A stretch of DNA of 64,000 nt from assembly GCA_000092065.1 (NCBI GenBank), contig CP000596.1. The stretch is one strand, 5' to 3'. Made by a program: the position numbers and the translations under genes. Every line of letters begins with the position of its first letter. The first letter of the stretch is position 1. Under the pieces are notes generated by a model. The model did not search any database and was not told where the DNA came from. It worked only from the letters and a program-made list of their open reading frames with translations. Of the stretch, positions 1 through 10,318 are shown in pieces. The stretch comes from Ostreococcus lucimarinus. Taxonomy: Eukaryota.

Positions 1-652
1 TCAATATTCTCTTCGCCGGCGTCTGCGACGCAAATCGACTCTTGCGCGCCGATTTCGTCGTCGATTTCGTCGCGGCTGAAGCCTCCGAGCCGTCCTTCTT
101 CTCGCTCGAACGCGCGAACATCAACGCCAAACGCGGCGACCGACGCACGGGCGTCTTCACATCCTCGCTCTTCGGCGTCTTTGCCGCACTTCTAACTTTC
201 TTATCCGTGCTCGAACCCGTCACCACCTCCCGTCTCGGCGCGCCCAAGCGTCTCGGCGTCCGTCCCGGCGTCTCGCCGCCGCGTCTCGCCGCGCTCTTCA
301 TCCCCTCCCTCGGCGACGTCCGATCGACGTCCCCTCCCACTCCTCGATTCGCCGGATCGCTCAAAAAAGCCTGCGTCGCATCCGTGATGGCGACGACCGC
401 GGGCGCACGCCACGAATTCGCCGGCGCCGCGGCCGTTTTGCCGCGCGGCGTCGTCAGTCGCGTCGGCGCCTCGCTCTCGAAGTACGCCTCGCTCCCTTCA
501 TCATCCGACGCGTCGGCGTCGAAGTCGAAATATTTCGGAGCCTCGAATTCCCACCTACGGCGCGTTTCGCGCGCGACGCGCGTCGTCAGTCATCGTTCGG
601 CGTGGCTGTCGTTGGTCACCGTTTGAAAATCACCGCGGAACAGAAACGGCAT
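1..652 (-). CDS. Partial CDS truncated by the window start: unknown K/E/S-rich, probably nuclear protein. Putative exon 1 is MPFLFRGDFQT (ATG at 652..650). A short intron of about 65-80 nt follows, then an open frame running to position 1.
   Basis: The minus-strand frame is open from about 560 down to 1 and has GC-rich third codon positions and a varied amino-acid mix (KYFDFDADASDDEGSEAYFESEAP...KSEDVKTPVRRSPRLA). An ATG at 652, then a GTGACC donor, a CTGACG branch and an AG, resemble the other introns in this window. The opposite-strand ORF 42..626 has an antisense-like S/A/R/L composition. Confidence 0.3.
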
Positions 653-948
653 CGCGAGCGCGCGAGGACGCGCGCGCGATCGAGAAACGAGCTTCGACGC
701 GCGATTTACGACCGGGCACGCACTTGGTCTCGTCTCGCATGTCCGGGACGGGCGTCGTGGTGTGCGGCGCGGCGCGCGCGAGCGAGCGGGACGCGTCGGC
801 GCGGCGAGACCGCGGCGAAGTCGACGGCGCGTCGGCGAATCGCGCGTTACGAGAGAGCTAATGATTGTTACTACAACAAAACCGAGCGAGACGCGCGCGC
901 GTCCACGAAACGGCGCGGTGAGGCCGCGACGCCGGGACTCGAAGACGC

Positions 949-1838
949 TCACAAGAGTTCCATCTCGGCTTGCAGCGCCTTGAGTTCGGCTTCTTCGTCC
1001 GCGGCGATCGCGGGCGCCGGCACGGACGGCAACGGCACGCTCGGCATCGCGGGTTCTTCCTCCAACTCCCGGGCGAGCTCGGAATCGAGTAATTTGTCTT
1101 CGACGTCCAACGCGTCCAACTCGGCCAACTCCTCCTCCAGCTCGTCCTCGTCCAACTCCGCCGCGAACCCCACCGGTTGTCCCAACGCCTCCTGCACCTG
1201 CCGCATCTGTTCCGTCTGTTCGCTGATCGCATCCATCGTCGCGTCGACGTCCTCGATCTTCGTCTCCTTGACCATCCTTCGCATCGCGTCCGCCCCGCTT
1301 CGCAGCGCTCCGTACGTCTCGCTCGTCGCCTTCGATCCCTCCAGCATGATCACCTGTTCCTGCAGCTTCAACTGCGACGTCGCCAGCGCGTCTAACTGCG
1401 CTTCGTACAATTTTTTCTTCTTCAGGTGCTGCAGCGCTCGTCGTTTGTTTCCCTGTCGATTCGCCTCGCGCGCGTTCGCCAGCTCCTCCGCGATCTTTCT
1501 CGCCATGAGCGACTCCTTCTTCTCCAGCATCTCGAGCGTCTGTTCGTCGTGCGCGCGCCGCGTCCGTCAGTCTCCCGCGTCGCGTCGCGAAACCGCGCTC
1601 GCCGCTCGCCGCTCGCCGCCGTCGTCGCGCGCGCGTTCGCGCCGCGCGGCGACGCGTTCGCGACGGGATCTCGTCGCGAATGCGAACGCGACGACTCGAC
1701 CGCGCGCGTTCCATCGCGACGCACCGTCTTGATCCTGTCGATGGCGTCCATCGGGCTGTGCGCGCGCGAGTCCGAGGACGCGTTGGACGCGCTCGTCGTC
1801 GGGCTCGCGCGACCGTGGCCGAATAACTTGCGAAACAT
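949..1838 (-). CDS. SNF7: ESCRT-III subunit Snf7/CHMP4 (Vps32), two exons: complement(join(949..1539,1725..1838)).
   Basis: Exon 2 is the ORF 949..1530, which has the Snf7 core (KRRALQHLKKKKLYEAQL; GQPVGFAAELDEDELEEELAELD; VPLPSVP). Exon 1 is MFRKLFGHG...PMDAIDRIKT, the canonical Snf7 N-terminus. It ends at a GTGCGT donor. The 185-nt intron carries a CTGACGG branch point about 25 nt before a CAG acceptor. Spliced together, the exons give ETLEMLEKKESL, matching CHMP4 ETEEMLEKKQEFL. Confidence 0.8.
1540..1724 (-). other. Inferred spliceosomal intron of the SNF7 gene (185 nt).
   Basis: GTGCGT donor; CTGACGG branch point 25 nt upstream of AACAG|ACG. The splice restores the conserved Snf7 N-terminus. 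Confidence 0.7.
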
Positions 1839-1948
1839 GACGCGAGGGACGAGGAGTGCGGCGCGGCGGTGGGCACCGACGAGACGGCGACGCGAGACGA
1901 CGGAGAGAGATGACGCGCACGAAGAGATCACACGGCGCTCGCGATGAG

Positions 1949-4040
1949 TTACGAATTCATGCTATCCGCGAGGGCGTCGAAGGCGTTGCGAGCGACGACG
2001 GGGGCGGGTTCGGCGAGCTTGGGCGCGGGCGCGGCGCGCTCGCGAGGCGCGGGCGCCGATTTCTCGGCGGCGGCGGGCTTGTCCTTGGGCGCGGGTGTGT
2101 CCTTGGACTTGCCGTCCTTGCCGTCCTTGGGCTCTGGTCTGCCTTTGGCGAAGCGAAATTTGTCGTCGAGCTCGAGGGAGAGCTTGGTGAGCTCGAGTTC
2201 GAGGTCTTTGACGTCGTCGCCGGCGTCCTTGGCGGCTTGAATCTTCTCCTTGAGTTCCTTCTCCTCTTTGAACTCCTTGCGCTTGACCGCGCCGACGGAG
2301 CGCTTGAGATCTTCGGCTTGCCAATCGCGACCGGCTTCCTTGAGCGCCTCTTCGCGCGGGCGAGCGCCGCCGAAGAGCGAGCTCTTCGCCGCGGCGCCGA
2401 CGGGGGCGTCGGTGGAACGCTTTTGCAAGTTCAGTTTGGGCCTCGCGGCGCGCTCCTCGGGAGTCGCTTCGCGGAGTTCTTCCTCTTTGCGCGGGGCGAA
2501 CGAAGACTTGCGGCCCCATCTGTCGCCATCGGAATCTTTCGGTTCGTCGTATTGCTTGCGCTCGGTACGTTCGGGGTTTTCTTCCGAGCGAATCGGAATC
2601 GCTTCGCGCGGCTTGTCCTCGACGTACTTGACGTCTACGGGCTTAGCGCCACCGAAGAGCGAGCTTGAGCCCGCGCTCGCGCTCGTAGGAGCGGCTTCCG
2701 AGCGTGGTTTGAGCTGAAGCTTCGGGCGATCGCCTCGCGGAGCGTAACCATCATCCGACGGCGGCTCGGCGGCGGCGGTGCGAGAACGCAAAGAGCCCCA
2801 GTCGCGGTCGCGTTCTTCGCGCGGAGGTCGATCGTCGTATCGCGAATCACGCTCCGGTAACTGTTTTCTGTCTCTACTCCAGCTGTCGCTTTCATCCGCG
2901 CGCGACGGTCCGAGATCCTCACGCGGCGGCCGGTCTGCGAAATCGCCAAATCCCGGTCTGCGCTCCTCGCGGTCGCCGTAGCGATCGTCGCCGCCGCCGT
3001 AACGGTCGCCACCTCTCTCGGCGTAACGGTCGCCAAATCCTGTTGCACGCCTGTCGCCGCCGTAACGATCATCTTGCGGCGGCGCGCGACGGTCCGCGCC
3101 CCAGTTAGAGCTCGTATCCGCGCGAGAAGGACCTTGCTCTTCGCGAACCTCTCTGTCGCCATATTCACCGTCGCGGCGGTCGTCTCGATCGTACCGACCC
3201 GGACGACGCTCATCACTGCGATCACCGCCGCCGTAACGATCACCACCGCCGTAACGATCACCACCGCCGTAACGATCACCGCCTTGGTTGAATCCACCAC
3301 CGAGACCGACGCCTCCGTCGTCGTCCGGTCGCGAGCTCGGCCCACTCGGCAGCACGACGTCGTCGCCGCGTCCTCGACCGAACGCCGATCCACCGACTCG
3401 TCCCGGAGGCGCGTACGACGACCCACCCGACGCACCCGCGAATTCTGCGAGCGAAAGTTTCACCCCTTTCGTCTTCTTCTTCGGTTCCTTCACCTTGGCC
3501 GCCGCCCCGAGCGACGGAAACGCTCCGCTCGCGTCCGCTTCCGCCGCCTCCCCGCCGAGCGACGGGAACGCCTGCGCCGGCACCGCTAACGATTCCACTC
3601 CATCGTTTCCTTCCTTCGTCTGCGTGAATCGCGAAAGCGCGCGTCGTTCCGTCAGTGCGCGCTCGTTTTCGTCGAGTTTAGCTTTTAAAAATCGAGCCCA
3701 CGTCCGAGCCGCGATCTCCGCGCGAACCGTCTCGACCGCGCCGCGCCCTCGATCGCGCGCCTCGTCGCCCCGGCGTCTCGCGAACGATGCGCGCGCAATT
3801 TCTCCATCATCTCGCGCGCGAATCGCGCGCGCGCGCGCGTCGCGCGCGTCGCGGGCGACGCGCACGCGTCGCCCCACGGCGCCGCCATCGGTCGGGCGTC
3901 GTTCGATGCATTTCGCGCCGCCGACGCGCGCGCGACGCGTCGCGCGCGTCCGCGACGCGCGACGCGCGTCGTGAGGATTTTTCAATCGCGCGCTACGATC
4001 GTACCTGTGCGCTCCACGCGCTGGTCGTGCCCCAAGCCAT
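1949..4040 (-). CDS. EIF4B: Plant-type translation initiation factor eIF4B, two exons: complement(join(1949..3619,4005..4040)).
   Basis: The large exon has twin FPSL motifs followed by KKKTKGVKLSLAEF (Arabidopsis eIF4B has SFPSLKEA...KKKKMTLSEF). It also has DRYGGG repeats and a K/E-rich C-terminus. The mini exon MAWGTTSAWSAQ resembles plant eIF4B MSKPWGGIGAWA. GTACGA donor; the 385-nt intron has a CTGACGG branch 30 nt before CACGCAG|ACG. Confidence 0.75.
3620..4004 (-). other. Inferred spliceosomal intron of EIF4B (385 nt).
   Basis: GTACGA donor directly after a 12-codon first exon. CTGACGG branch point, then a CAG acceptor that restores the ORF frame at TKEGNDGVESL. Confidence 0.6.
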
Positions 4041-4200
4041 GTTTCGTTGTGCGGGACGATCGGCGCTGGGTCTTTACGCCGATGCCGGGCCGAAGGAGAG
4101 GCGCGGCGGCGAGGCGAGGCGAGGCACGCGAACCGATGTCAAATGAAGGTTTATTATGACAACTGATTATGAAAGATGGATGCGTGATGCGCGTGCGCGT

Positions 4201-6306
4201 TTAGGCGGCGGCGAAACCGAGCGCTTGGGCGATGTCGCGCTCGCTGGCGCTCTCGGCGGCGGCGATGATGTCGGCGGCTTCGATCGAGTCGTCCTCGGCG
4301 GCGTCTTCGGAATAGATGAGAGAGACGGCGCTGGAGGATTTGGAGTGGCGGCGCGCGGGCGAAGGCGCGAAGGCGTCCGAAGCGTCGCTTTGATTGCGCT
4401 CCAACATTTGAGCATACGAGCCGCGAGTGGCGAAATTGACGGTATTCCAACTTGGGACTCGGCCGCGGGAACCCATGCGGCCGCGACCGCGGAGGTTTTT
4501 GCGGAGGGAGGCGACGCACTCGTCGAGGACGAGTTCGATCCCGCACGCGTGCTCGATGGCGGCGAGTTGCGGCCAGATTTCTTTCTCGCCCATCGTCGCG
4601 GTTTCGAACAAGAACTCGCGCGTGGGATTGCTGGCGATGTGTGAAAATTGCTTCCACGTGTACCACATCACCGCCGTGGCGTCGCCCTCCCACTGTTGAC
4701 CGAAGAGTTTGAAGACATCGAAGACGTCGACGCCCGGAATCAAATCCAACACTTGTCGACAGCGATGTTTCCACTCGCTCTCGATGAAGTACGCCCAGAG
4801 GGCCAGCGCGCTTCCGCGCGATGTAAACCACCTTTTCACTCGCAACAGAGGGACGATGTGCGGATTCGTCTGCGACACGATGAAGTAATTGCAGTTGAAG
4901 AGTTCGCGCAAGTTGTCCATGGGCAGATCCGCCTCGAGACTACCATCGCGCCAGCGTCGCGGTCCGAGTTTTCCTTCTGGGAGCCACGGCACGAAGGCGC
5001 CGCTGCGAGATTTTGCCAACAATGGCTGCGGCGGGAACAACGAGGGAAACGCGCACGACGCCGCGACGGCTGACCAAAGCACGACGTGCGGCGACGTGAG
5101 ATAGTTTAACAGTCTCGGTTTTTCCCCAGTCGTCGTTGCACACACACACACACTCAGTATTCTGCCTCCACTTCGATCGTATGCCTCTTGAAAAGTCAAG
5201 TCGCCGAGTAACGCGCGGAGACAGCGCTGGAAAAAGTCAATGTCGTGCAACGCCCCGGTGCGCAAGTAGTGCTTCATCGCGCTCATCGAATCGTTGCCGC
5301 TGAAGAACGTCAAGTCTGGGAGCAAATCCCAAAAGTGCTCTTCGCTGAAGAACTCATCGAGCTCTTCCTGCGTGCGACTGCCGATAATGGCGGCGATGAT
5401 GGAGCCGACAGACGATCCGGCGAGCACGCGCGGGAGCAAATGTTTCCGATTCAACGCGCGCGCGACGCCGACGTGAAACGTTCCGAGCGTCCCTCCTCCG
5501 CTCATCATCAGCGCCGTGCGCCCGAAACAATGTCTCGTCTCTTGCAAAAACACCAGCTTTTCCTGAATCGTCACCGTTTCGTCCTGAGCGATGCTAAACA
5601 GCTGACTTTTCAGCTCGGCCATGTACTGGCGCACCGCCCGAGGCACCGCCGGCGGCTCGGCGTTCGATTTCGAAAACCGCACCTTACAATCGCTCTGCAA
5701 CGATCCCAAATTCCTCAAAATATCAGCTCTGAGCAAGAACATCATCTCTTCCACGTTCCCACTCGCGCGCTGCGCCTGCAACTGCCTCAACTGTTCATCG
5801 ATTAACTCGACGTCGTACGACCTCGACCCGCTTCCCCAACCGTCGCTCCGCGTCGTCGCCCGACCTCCCGCCTCCGCTCGCGCTTCTTCTTCCGCATCCT
5901 CGCGTTCGAGTTCCAACGCCGCGTCTTCAAACGCATCGTACGACGTCGCATCTCGCATTCGCGCTAAGATTTCCTTTCGTTTGCGTCCGTGTCGCCGTCG
6001 CGCCGCCGTCGCCGCCGTCCCGTCGCCTCGCGCCGCGAGATACCCCGTCCTCGTCACCGCCACCGCCACCGCGACGCACGCGACGACGCGCGCGTACATT
6101 TCGTACTCTTGTCTCATCCATCTCCCGCGTCCGGCGCGGACGTACGCGCCGTACGGCGTCCGCGACGGCGTCGCGCGCGCGGCTGTCCCCGTCAGCATCA
6201 GCATCGGCGACGACGTTTTCACGCTTCGCACCGTCTGCGCCACCGCGCGCGCGACGTCGCGCGCCGCGGACGCCGCGTAGGACACCCCTTCGTCGAACGC
6301 GCCCAT
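4201..6306 (-). CDS. SDP1: Patatin-domain triacylglycerol lipase of the SDP1/Tgl4 family.
   Basis: Patatin GXSXG nucleophile elbow LAGSSVGSIIAAI, a DUF3336-like N-terminal region and SDP1-like overall architecture. Start set at MGAFDEG (6306); the ORF extends further upstream into the shared promoter. Confidence 0.8.
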   Translation of the reverse strand: MGAFDEGVSYAASAARDVARAVAQTVRSVKTSSPMLMLTGTAARATPSRTPYGAYVRAGRGRWMRQEYEMYARVVACVAVAVAVTRTGYLAARGDGTAATAARRRHGRKRKEILARMRDATSYDAFEDAALELEREDAEEEARAEAGGRATTRSDGWGSGSRSYDVELIDEQLRQLQAQRASGNVEEMMFLLRADILRNLGSLQSDCKVRFSKSNAEPPAVPRAVRQYMAELKSQLFSIAQDETVTIQEKLVFLQETRHCFGRTALMMSGGGTLGTFHVGVARALNRKHLLPRVLAGSSVGSIIAAIIGSRTQEELDEFFSEEHFWDLLPDLTFFSGNDSMSAMKHYLRTGALHDIDFFQRCLRALLGDLTFQEAYDRSGGRILSVCVCATTTGEKPRLLNYLTSPHVVLWSAVAASCAFPSLFPPQPLLAKSRSGAFVPWLPEGKLGPRRWRDGSLEADLPMDNLRELFNCNYFIVSQTNPHIVPLLRVKRWFTSRGSALALWAYFIESEWKHRCRQVLDLIPGVDVFDVFKLFGQQWEGDATAVMWYTWKQFSHIASNPTREFLFETATMGEKEIWPQLAAIEHACGIELVLDECVASLRKNLRGRGRMGSRGRVPSWNTVNFATRGSYAQMLERNQSDASDAFAPSPARRHSKSSSAVSLIYSEDAAEDDSIEAADIIAAAESASERDIAQALGFAAA

Positions 6307-6517
6307 CGCGCGCGCTCGATTCGCGTCGCGCGACGCGCACTGCGGCGTAATCGCGCCGACGCCGACCGAAAGTTCGTTACGCGTCGGCACCTCAGACGAC
6401 GACGCGACGTCGCGCGCCGTTCGCGCGCGCCCGAACGTCGCGCGGCGGTGAGAAGAGACTCGCGCGCGCGTCGCGAGCGCGCGCGCGACGTCGAACGCGC
6501 CGCACCGCGCTCGAACG

Positions 6518-8152
6518 ATGGGAGATTCGCGCGACGTGGCGAATCGGCGGCTGGGACAAATCAACGATCACGTCCGCGGCGACGCGAAACGCGCGAACGG
6601 AGGCGCGAGAGCGGGCGGTGGCGATGGGTCGGACGCGCGAGCGACGCCGTCGGGGGGCGCGGGGGCGCTGCACGTGCGAGACTCGCGGACGGGGAAGGAG
6701 TATGAAATCGCGGTGTCGAGCGACGGCGCGGTGGACGCGTCGGCGTTTAAACAAATCACCGCGGGCGGCGATGGACGAGGTTTGGTGATGTACGATCCCG
6801 GATACATGAATACGGCGCCGTGTAAGTCGAAGATATCGTACATCGACGGCGAACGGGGGATTTTGAGGTATCGCGGGTACGCCATCGAGAGCTTGGCGAA
6901 ATCGTCGACGTATCTGGAGACGGCGTTCGCGTTGGTGTACGGAGATATGCCGAATGCGAGTCAGTTGATGGAGTGGGAACGGACGATTGCGAGGCATAGT
7001 GCGTTGCCGGTGCAGGTGGTGCACGCGATCGAGGCGTTGCCGCACGACGCGCATCCGATGGCGGTGATGCTCGCGGGGTTGAACTCGTTGAGCGCGATGC
7101 ACCCGGAGCAGAATCCAGCCATCGCGGGTGGGGCGATTTACAACTCTCACACCGTGCAGGATAAACAAATCGTGCGCATCATCGGCAAAATGACCACGCT
7201 CGCCGCGCACGCATATCATCGAAACACCGGGCGCTCGCCGGCGGCGCCGAATACGCGCATGTCGTACGCGGAGAATTTCTTGTACATGCTCGACGCCGGT
7301 TTGGACGCGCGGCATCGACCGCATCCGAAGCTCGCGAAGGCGCTGGACGTGATGTTTTTACTACACGCGGAGCACGAGATGAACTGTAGCACGGCGGCGT
7401 GCAGACACTTGGCATCGAGCGGGGTGGACGTGTTTTGCGCCGTGGCGGGCGCGGTGGGCGCGCTTTACGGGCCTCTGCACGGCGGCGCCAACGAAGCAGT
7501 GCTCAAGATGCTCGAACGGATCGGAAGCGTCGATAACATCCCGAGCTTTTTGGCCGGGGTGAAGGAAAAGCGATACGTGATGTTTGGTTTCGGACACCGC
7601 GTTTACAAGAACTTTGATCCTCGCGCGAAGATTATTCGCGACATCGCGAACGACGTCTTCGAGCTCGTCGGACGCGACCCGTTGATCGACATCGCCATCG
7701 AGCTCGAGAAGGCGGCGCGGGCGGACGAATACTTCGTCAAGCGTAAGCTTTACCCGAATGTAGACTTCTACAGCGGGCTGGTGTATCGCGCCATGGGGTT
7801 TCCCCCCGAATTTTTCACCGTGCTCTTCGCCATCCCGCGCGCGACGGGTTATCTTGCGCACTGGCGCGAGAGCTTAACGGACGCCGACAAGAAAATCATG
7901 CGCCCGCAGCAAATTTACCAAGGCGAATGGTTGCGAGATTACGAACCGATCGCCGCGCGCTCGCGCTCGCTCACCGACGCCATGGAGGATATTCAACCAT
8001 CCAACGCGGCGCGGCGCCGCATGGCTGGAGACCCGCCATCCGGCACGGCGTGGGTCGGGAAAGGCGTGGAAATGTCCACGCCGGCGTGGCAGTCGGGCGC
8101 GTCAGTCGGCGACGCGACGAGCGGCGTGGAGAACTATCTCGGACGAAAATGA
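6518..8152 (+). CDS. CSY: Citrate synthase, peroxisomal/glyoxysomal type, with a PTS2-like N-terminal nonapeptide.
   Basis: Citrate synthase signatures ([41 protein letters not shown]). The N-terminus [10 protein letters not shown] fits R-L-x5-H-[LV], the PTS2 pattern used by plant peroxisomal CSY2/CSY3. Confidence 0.9.
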   Translation: MGDSRDVANRRLGQINDHVRGDAKRANGGARAGGGDGSDARATPSGGAGALHVRDSRTGKEYEIAVSSDGAVDASAFKQITAGGDGRGLVMYDPGYMNTAPCKSKISYIDGERGILRYRGYAIESLAKSSTYLETAFALVYGDMPNASQLMEWERTIARHSALPVQVVHAIEALPHDAHPMAVMLAGLNSLSAMHPEQNPAIAGGAIYNSHTVQDKQIVRIIGKMTTLAAHAYHRNTGRSPAAPNTRMSYAENFLYMLDAGLDARHRPHPKLAKALDVMFLLHAEHEMNCSTAACRHLASSGVDVFCAVAGAVGALYGPLHGGANEAVLKMLERIGSVDNIPSFLAGVKEKRYVMFGFGHRVYKNFDPRAKIIRDIANDVFELVGRDPLIDIAIELEKAARADEYFVKRKLYPNVDFYSGLVYRAMGFPPEFFTVLFAIPRATGYLAHWRESLTDADKKIMRPQQIYQGEWLRDYEPIAARSRSLTDAMEDIQPSNAARRRMAGDPPSGTAWVGKGVEMSTPAWQSGASVGDATSGVENYLGRK

Positions 8153-8200
8153 ATTTACTGTAAATACTACACACACACATTTCTCGCTTAAAAGTATCCG

Positions 8201-9256
8201 TCAACGGTGACCCCTATCGATGCACTCTCGAGTGCCGAAGATGTTCGTCCGCCACCTCAAGCACGGCGCCGTTCCTCCGTTGATGGCGACCGTCCTCGAC
8301 AGATACATTCGCTCGCGCGCCCGGCGCGGATCGCACAAACCGCTTTGCAGTTCGAACTCAGTGCAAAACTGATAGACTTCCTCGAGATCAGGCTGACAGT
8401 ACGGCCAAGACAGCGGCGCGTTCATTCTCGAAATTCTTTCGCGGTACCACGAACCTCGATTTTCGTAAGTGCATCGTCGGAGCACCTCCTCGACCGAACA
8501 CGGTCTCACGAGCGTCGCGCACCGCATGTAATCGTCCAGAGCGGTCGGATTCCCTGGAAAGATTGTGGAGAACCACGTGAGCTGCTGCATCAACCTACCA
8601 ATCTCTCCTTGCGGCTCGAACATCACGCGCGAACCGTCCGCGTCGTACACGACGTACGCCTCGTTCGTAAACGCGACGAAATCAACCGGCGGGTACGCCG
8701 CGTCACCGACCCACGTCATCTCCAGCGCTCGCGCGTTCGCGATCCTCTCGAGATCGCTCTGAATGTCGTACGCGATCTCATCGAGCGTCTCGCGCATCGC
8801 GCCCGCGTCGGACGCGCTCGCCGACTCGATCAGGCTCAGCTCGAGCTTCGCCACCTCGCGTTCGACGTACTCGTCGTAGGACATCGTTCGCGCGCCCGAG
8901 TCGACGCCATCGCTCGCGCGCGCGAACTCGTCGTACCATCCCTCTCGCGCGTACCGCGCCTCGCCGTCGCCGTCGCCGTCGCTGTCGTAGCCGTAATCGT
9001 AATCGTAATCGTCGTCGCCCTCGTTTTTGCGAACCGTCGGCGTCGTCGCCTCGGGCGGTTGTTCGAACACGCGCACCGTTCGCGACCGCGCGGCGACGGA
9101 ATCGAGCGCGGACGCCTCCGCGAGCTCGCGCCCCAGCTCGGCCGCGATCGCGAGCGCCGCGAGCGCGCGTCGCATCGGCGCGACGCCGAGTGCGGCGGAG
9201 GCGAAGCGGCGTTTCGCCTCGCCTCGCGTCGACGAACACACCAACAGACGAATCAT
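8201..9256 (-). CDS. Hypothetical secreted or signal-anchored Cys-containing protein; start may be Met-28 (9175).
   Basis: Signal-peptide-like MRRALAALAIAAELG. An acidic DYDYDYGYDSDGDGDG tract. The C-terminal region has several Cys and Trp. No family recognised. Confidence 0.4.
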   Translation of the reverse strand: MIRLLVCSSTRGEAKRRFASAALGVAPMRRALAALAIAAELGRELAEASALDSVAARSRTVRVFEQPPEATTPTVRKNEGDDDYDYDYGYDSDGDGDGEARYAREGWYDEFARASDGVDSGARTMSYDEYVEREVAKLELSLIESASASDAGAMRETLDEIAYDIQSDLERIANARALEMTWVGDAAYPPVDFVAFTNEAYVVYDADGSRVMFEPQGEIGRLMQQLTWFSTIFPGNPTALDDYMRCATLVRPCSVEEVLRRCTYENRGSWYRERISRMNAPLSWPYCQPDLEEVYQFCTEFELQSGLCDPRRARERMYLSRTVAINGGTAPCLRWRTNIFGTRECIDRGHR

Positions 9257-9458
9257 CCCTCTTCACTGTATGCACACACCCGCATGTCCGACCAAAAGCA
9301 ACATTTCGACGCACGCCTCTATTTCATATACCGCAAAATCGCGCTCGAATGCGATACACGCGCGCGATAAACCCGCGCCGCGCGGATAACGCGACGCCGC
9401 CGACCGGCGCCGACGGCGCGCACAACGCCGCGCCTCGGATACCGCCGCGCCCGCGACG

Positions 9459-10106
9459 ATGACGACGACGATGCGCGCGCCCGCTCGACCGCGCGCCGCG
9501 CCGACGCCGCGTCGCGACGCCGCGCGCGCGCCGCGCCGCGCGTCGCGCGCGCGCGCGGGCGACGTGAACAAGCGCCAGGAAGACCTCGGCGGACTCGGCG
9601 GCGACATCGGCGCCCGCGATCCCACCGCGGGCGAGCTCGAGAGCAATTTCGGGACGTCCACGCTCGGACACGCGGACACCGATCACATCCTGCAGGTGCC
9701 GACGGCGATGGCGGAGATGATCATGCTGAAGAATAAAAAGTGCGCGCCGGGGGCGCAGGCGGAAAAGTTGGACTTTCAGGGGCAGGAGGTGCTGCGGAAG
9801 CAGGTGTGGGACTGGAAGATTCGCCCGGGACGAGGGAACTTCGAGTGCCTGCGTCGGGAGTTTCCGACGGCGGAGGGCGAGGCGGGGAGGCTGTGCGAAT
9901 TGATCGCGGGGACGGCGACGGCGGAGGGATGGGCGCCGGCGACGTGCGAGGCGACGAGCGGGAGCAAGGTGCTCGTGGAACTCGGGAGCGATGCGCTCAA
10001 GGGCGTGTGCACGAATGATTTCATTCTCGCGGCGAAGATCGATGCGAACGAGGAGGCGATGGGGATGTTGGTGAAGGAGGCACCCAAGGCGCGCAACTGG
10101 TTTTGA
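9459..10106 (+). CDS. Hypothetical protein with an Arg/Ala-rich N-terminal presequence that looks organellar.
   Basis: R/A/P-rich N-terminus followed by a globular region (LDFQGQEVLRKQVWDWKIRPGRGNFECL). No family confidently recognised. Confidence 0.4.
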   Translation: MTTTMRAPARPRAAPTPRRDAARAPRRASRARAGDVNKRQEDLGGLGGDIGARDPTAGELESNFGTSTLGHADTDHILQVPTAMAEMIMLKNKKCAPGAQAEKLDFQGQEVLRKQVWDWKIRPGRGNFECLRREFPTAEGEAGRLCELIAGTATAEGWAPATCEATSGSKVLVELGSDALKGVCTNDFILAAKIDANEEAMGMLVKEAPKARNWF

Positions 10107-10318
10107 GAACCCCTCGGCGAGGGGGGCGTTTTTTCGTAGCGCGCGTCGTAGCCTGCGTCGTCTCGCGTAGCGCGCGCGCGCGCGTTCGCGCGTTCGCGCG
10201 ATCCATCAATCAATCTAGCGTTACGAATCGTCTTCTAACACTCAGATTAATTACACTAATTACTACACAACTCGTACCACACGCGCATTCACGGCGACGC
10301 GCAACGCGGTTTCAAAAA

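Noticed and set aside
42-626. Plus-strand 194-aa ORF at the window start.
   Set aside because: It has an antisense-like S/A/R/L composition with no motifs. The opposite strand has the better codon third-position GC and a plausible ATG + intron start, so the minus-strand partial gene was preferred, at low confidence.
590-1947. Long ORFs overlapping the SNF7 locus in other frames and on the other strand (590..1876 minus, 428 aa; 602..1732 plus, 376 aa; 1426..1947 plus).
   Set aside because: Arg/Ala/Ser-rich, low-complexity translations, typical of stop-poor GC-rich DNA. The real gene is the spliced Snf7 homolog on the minus strand.
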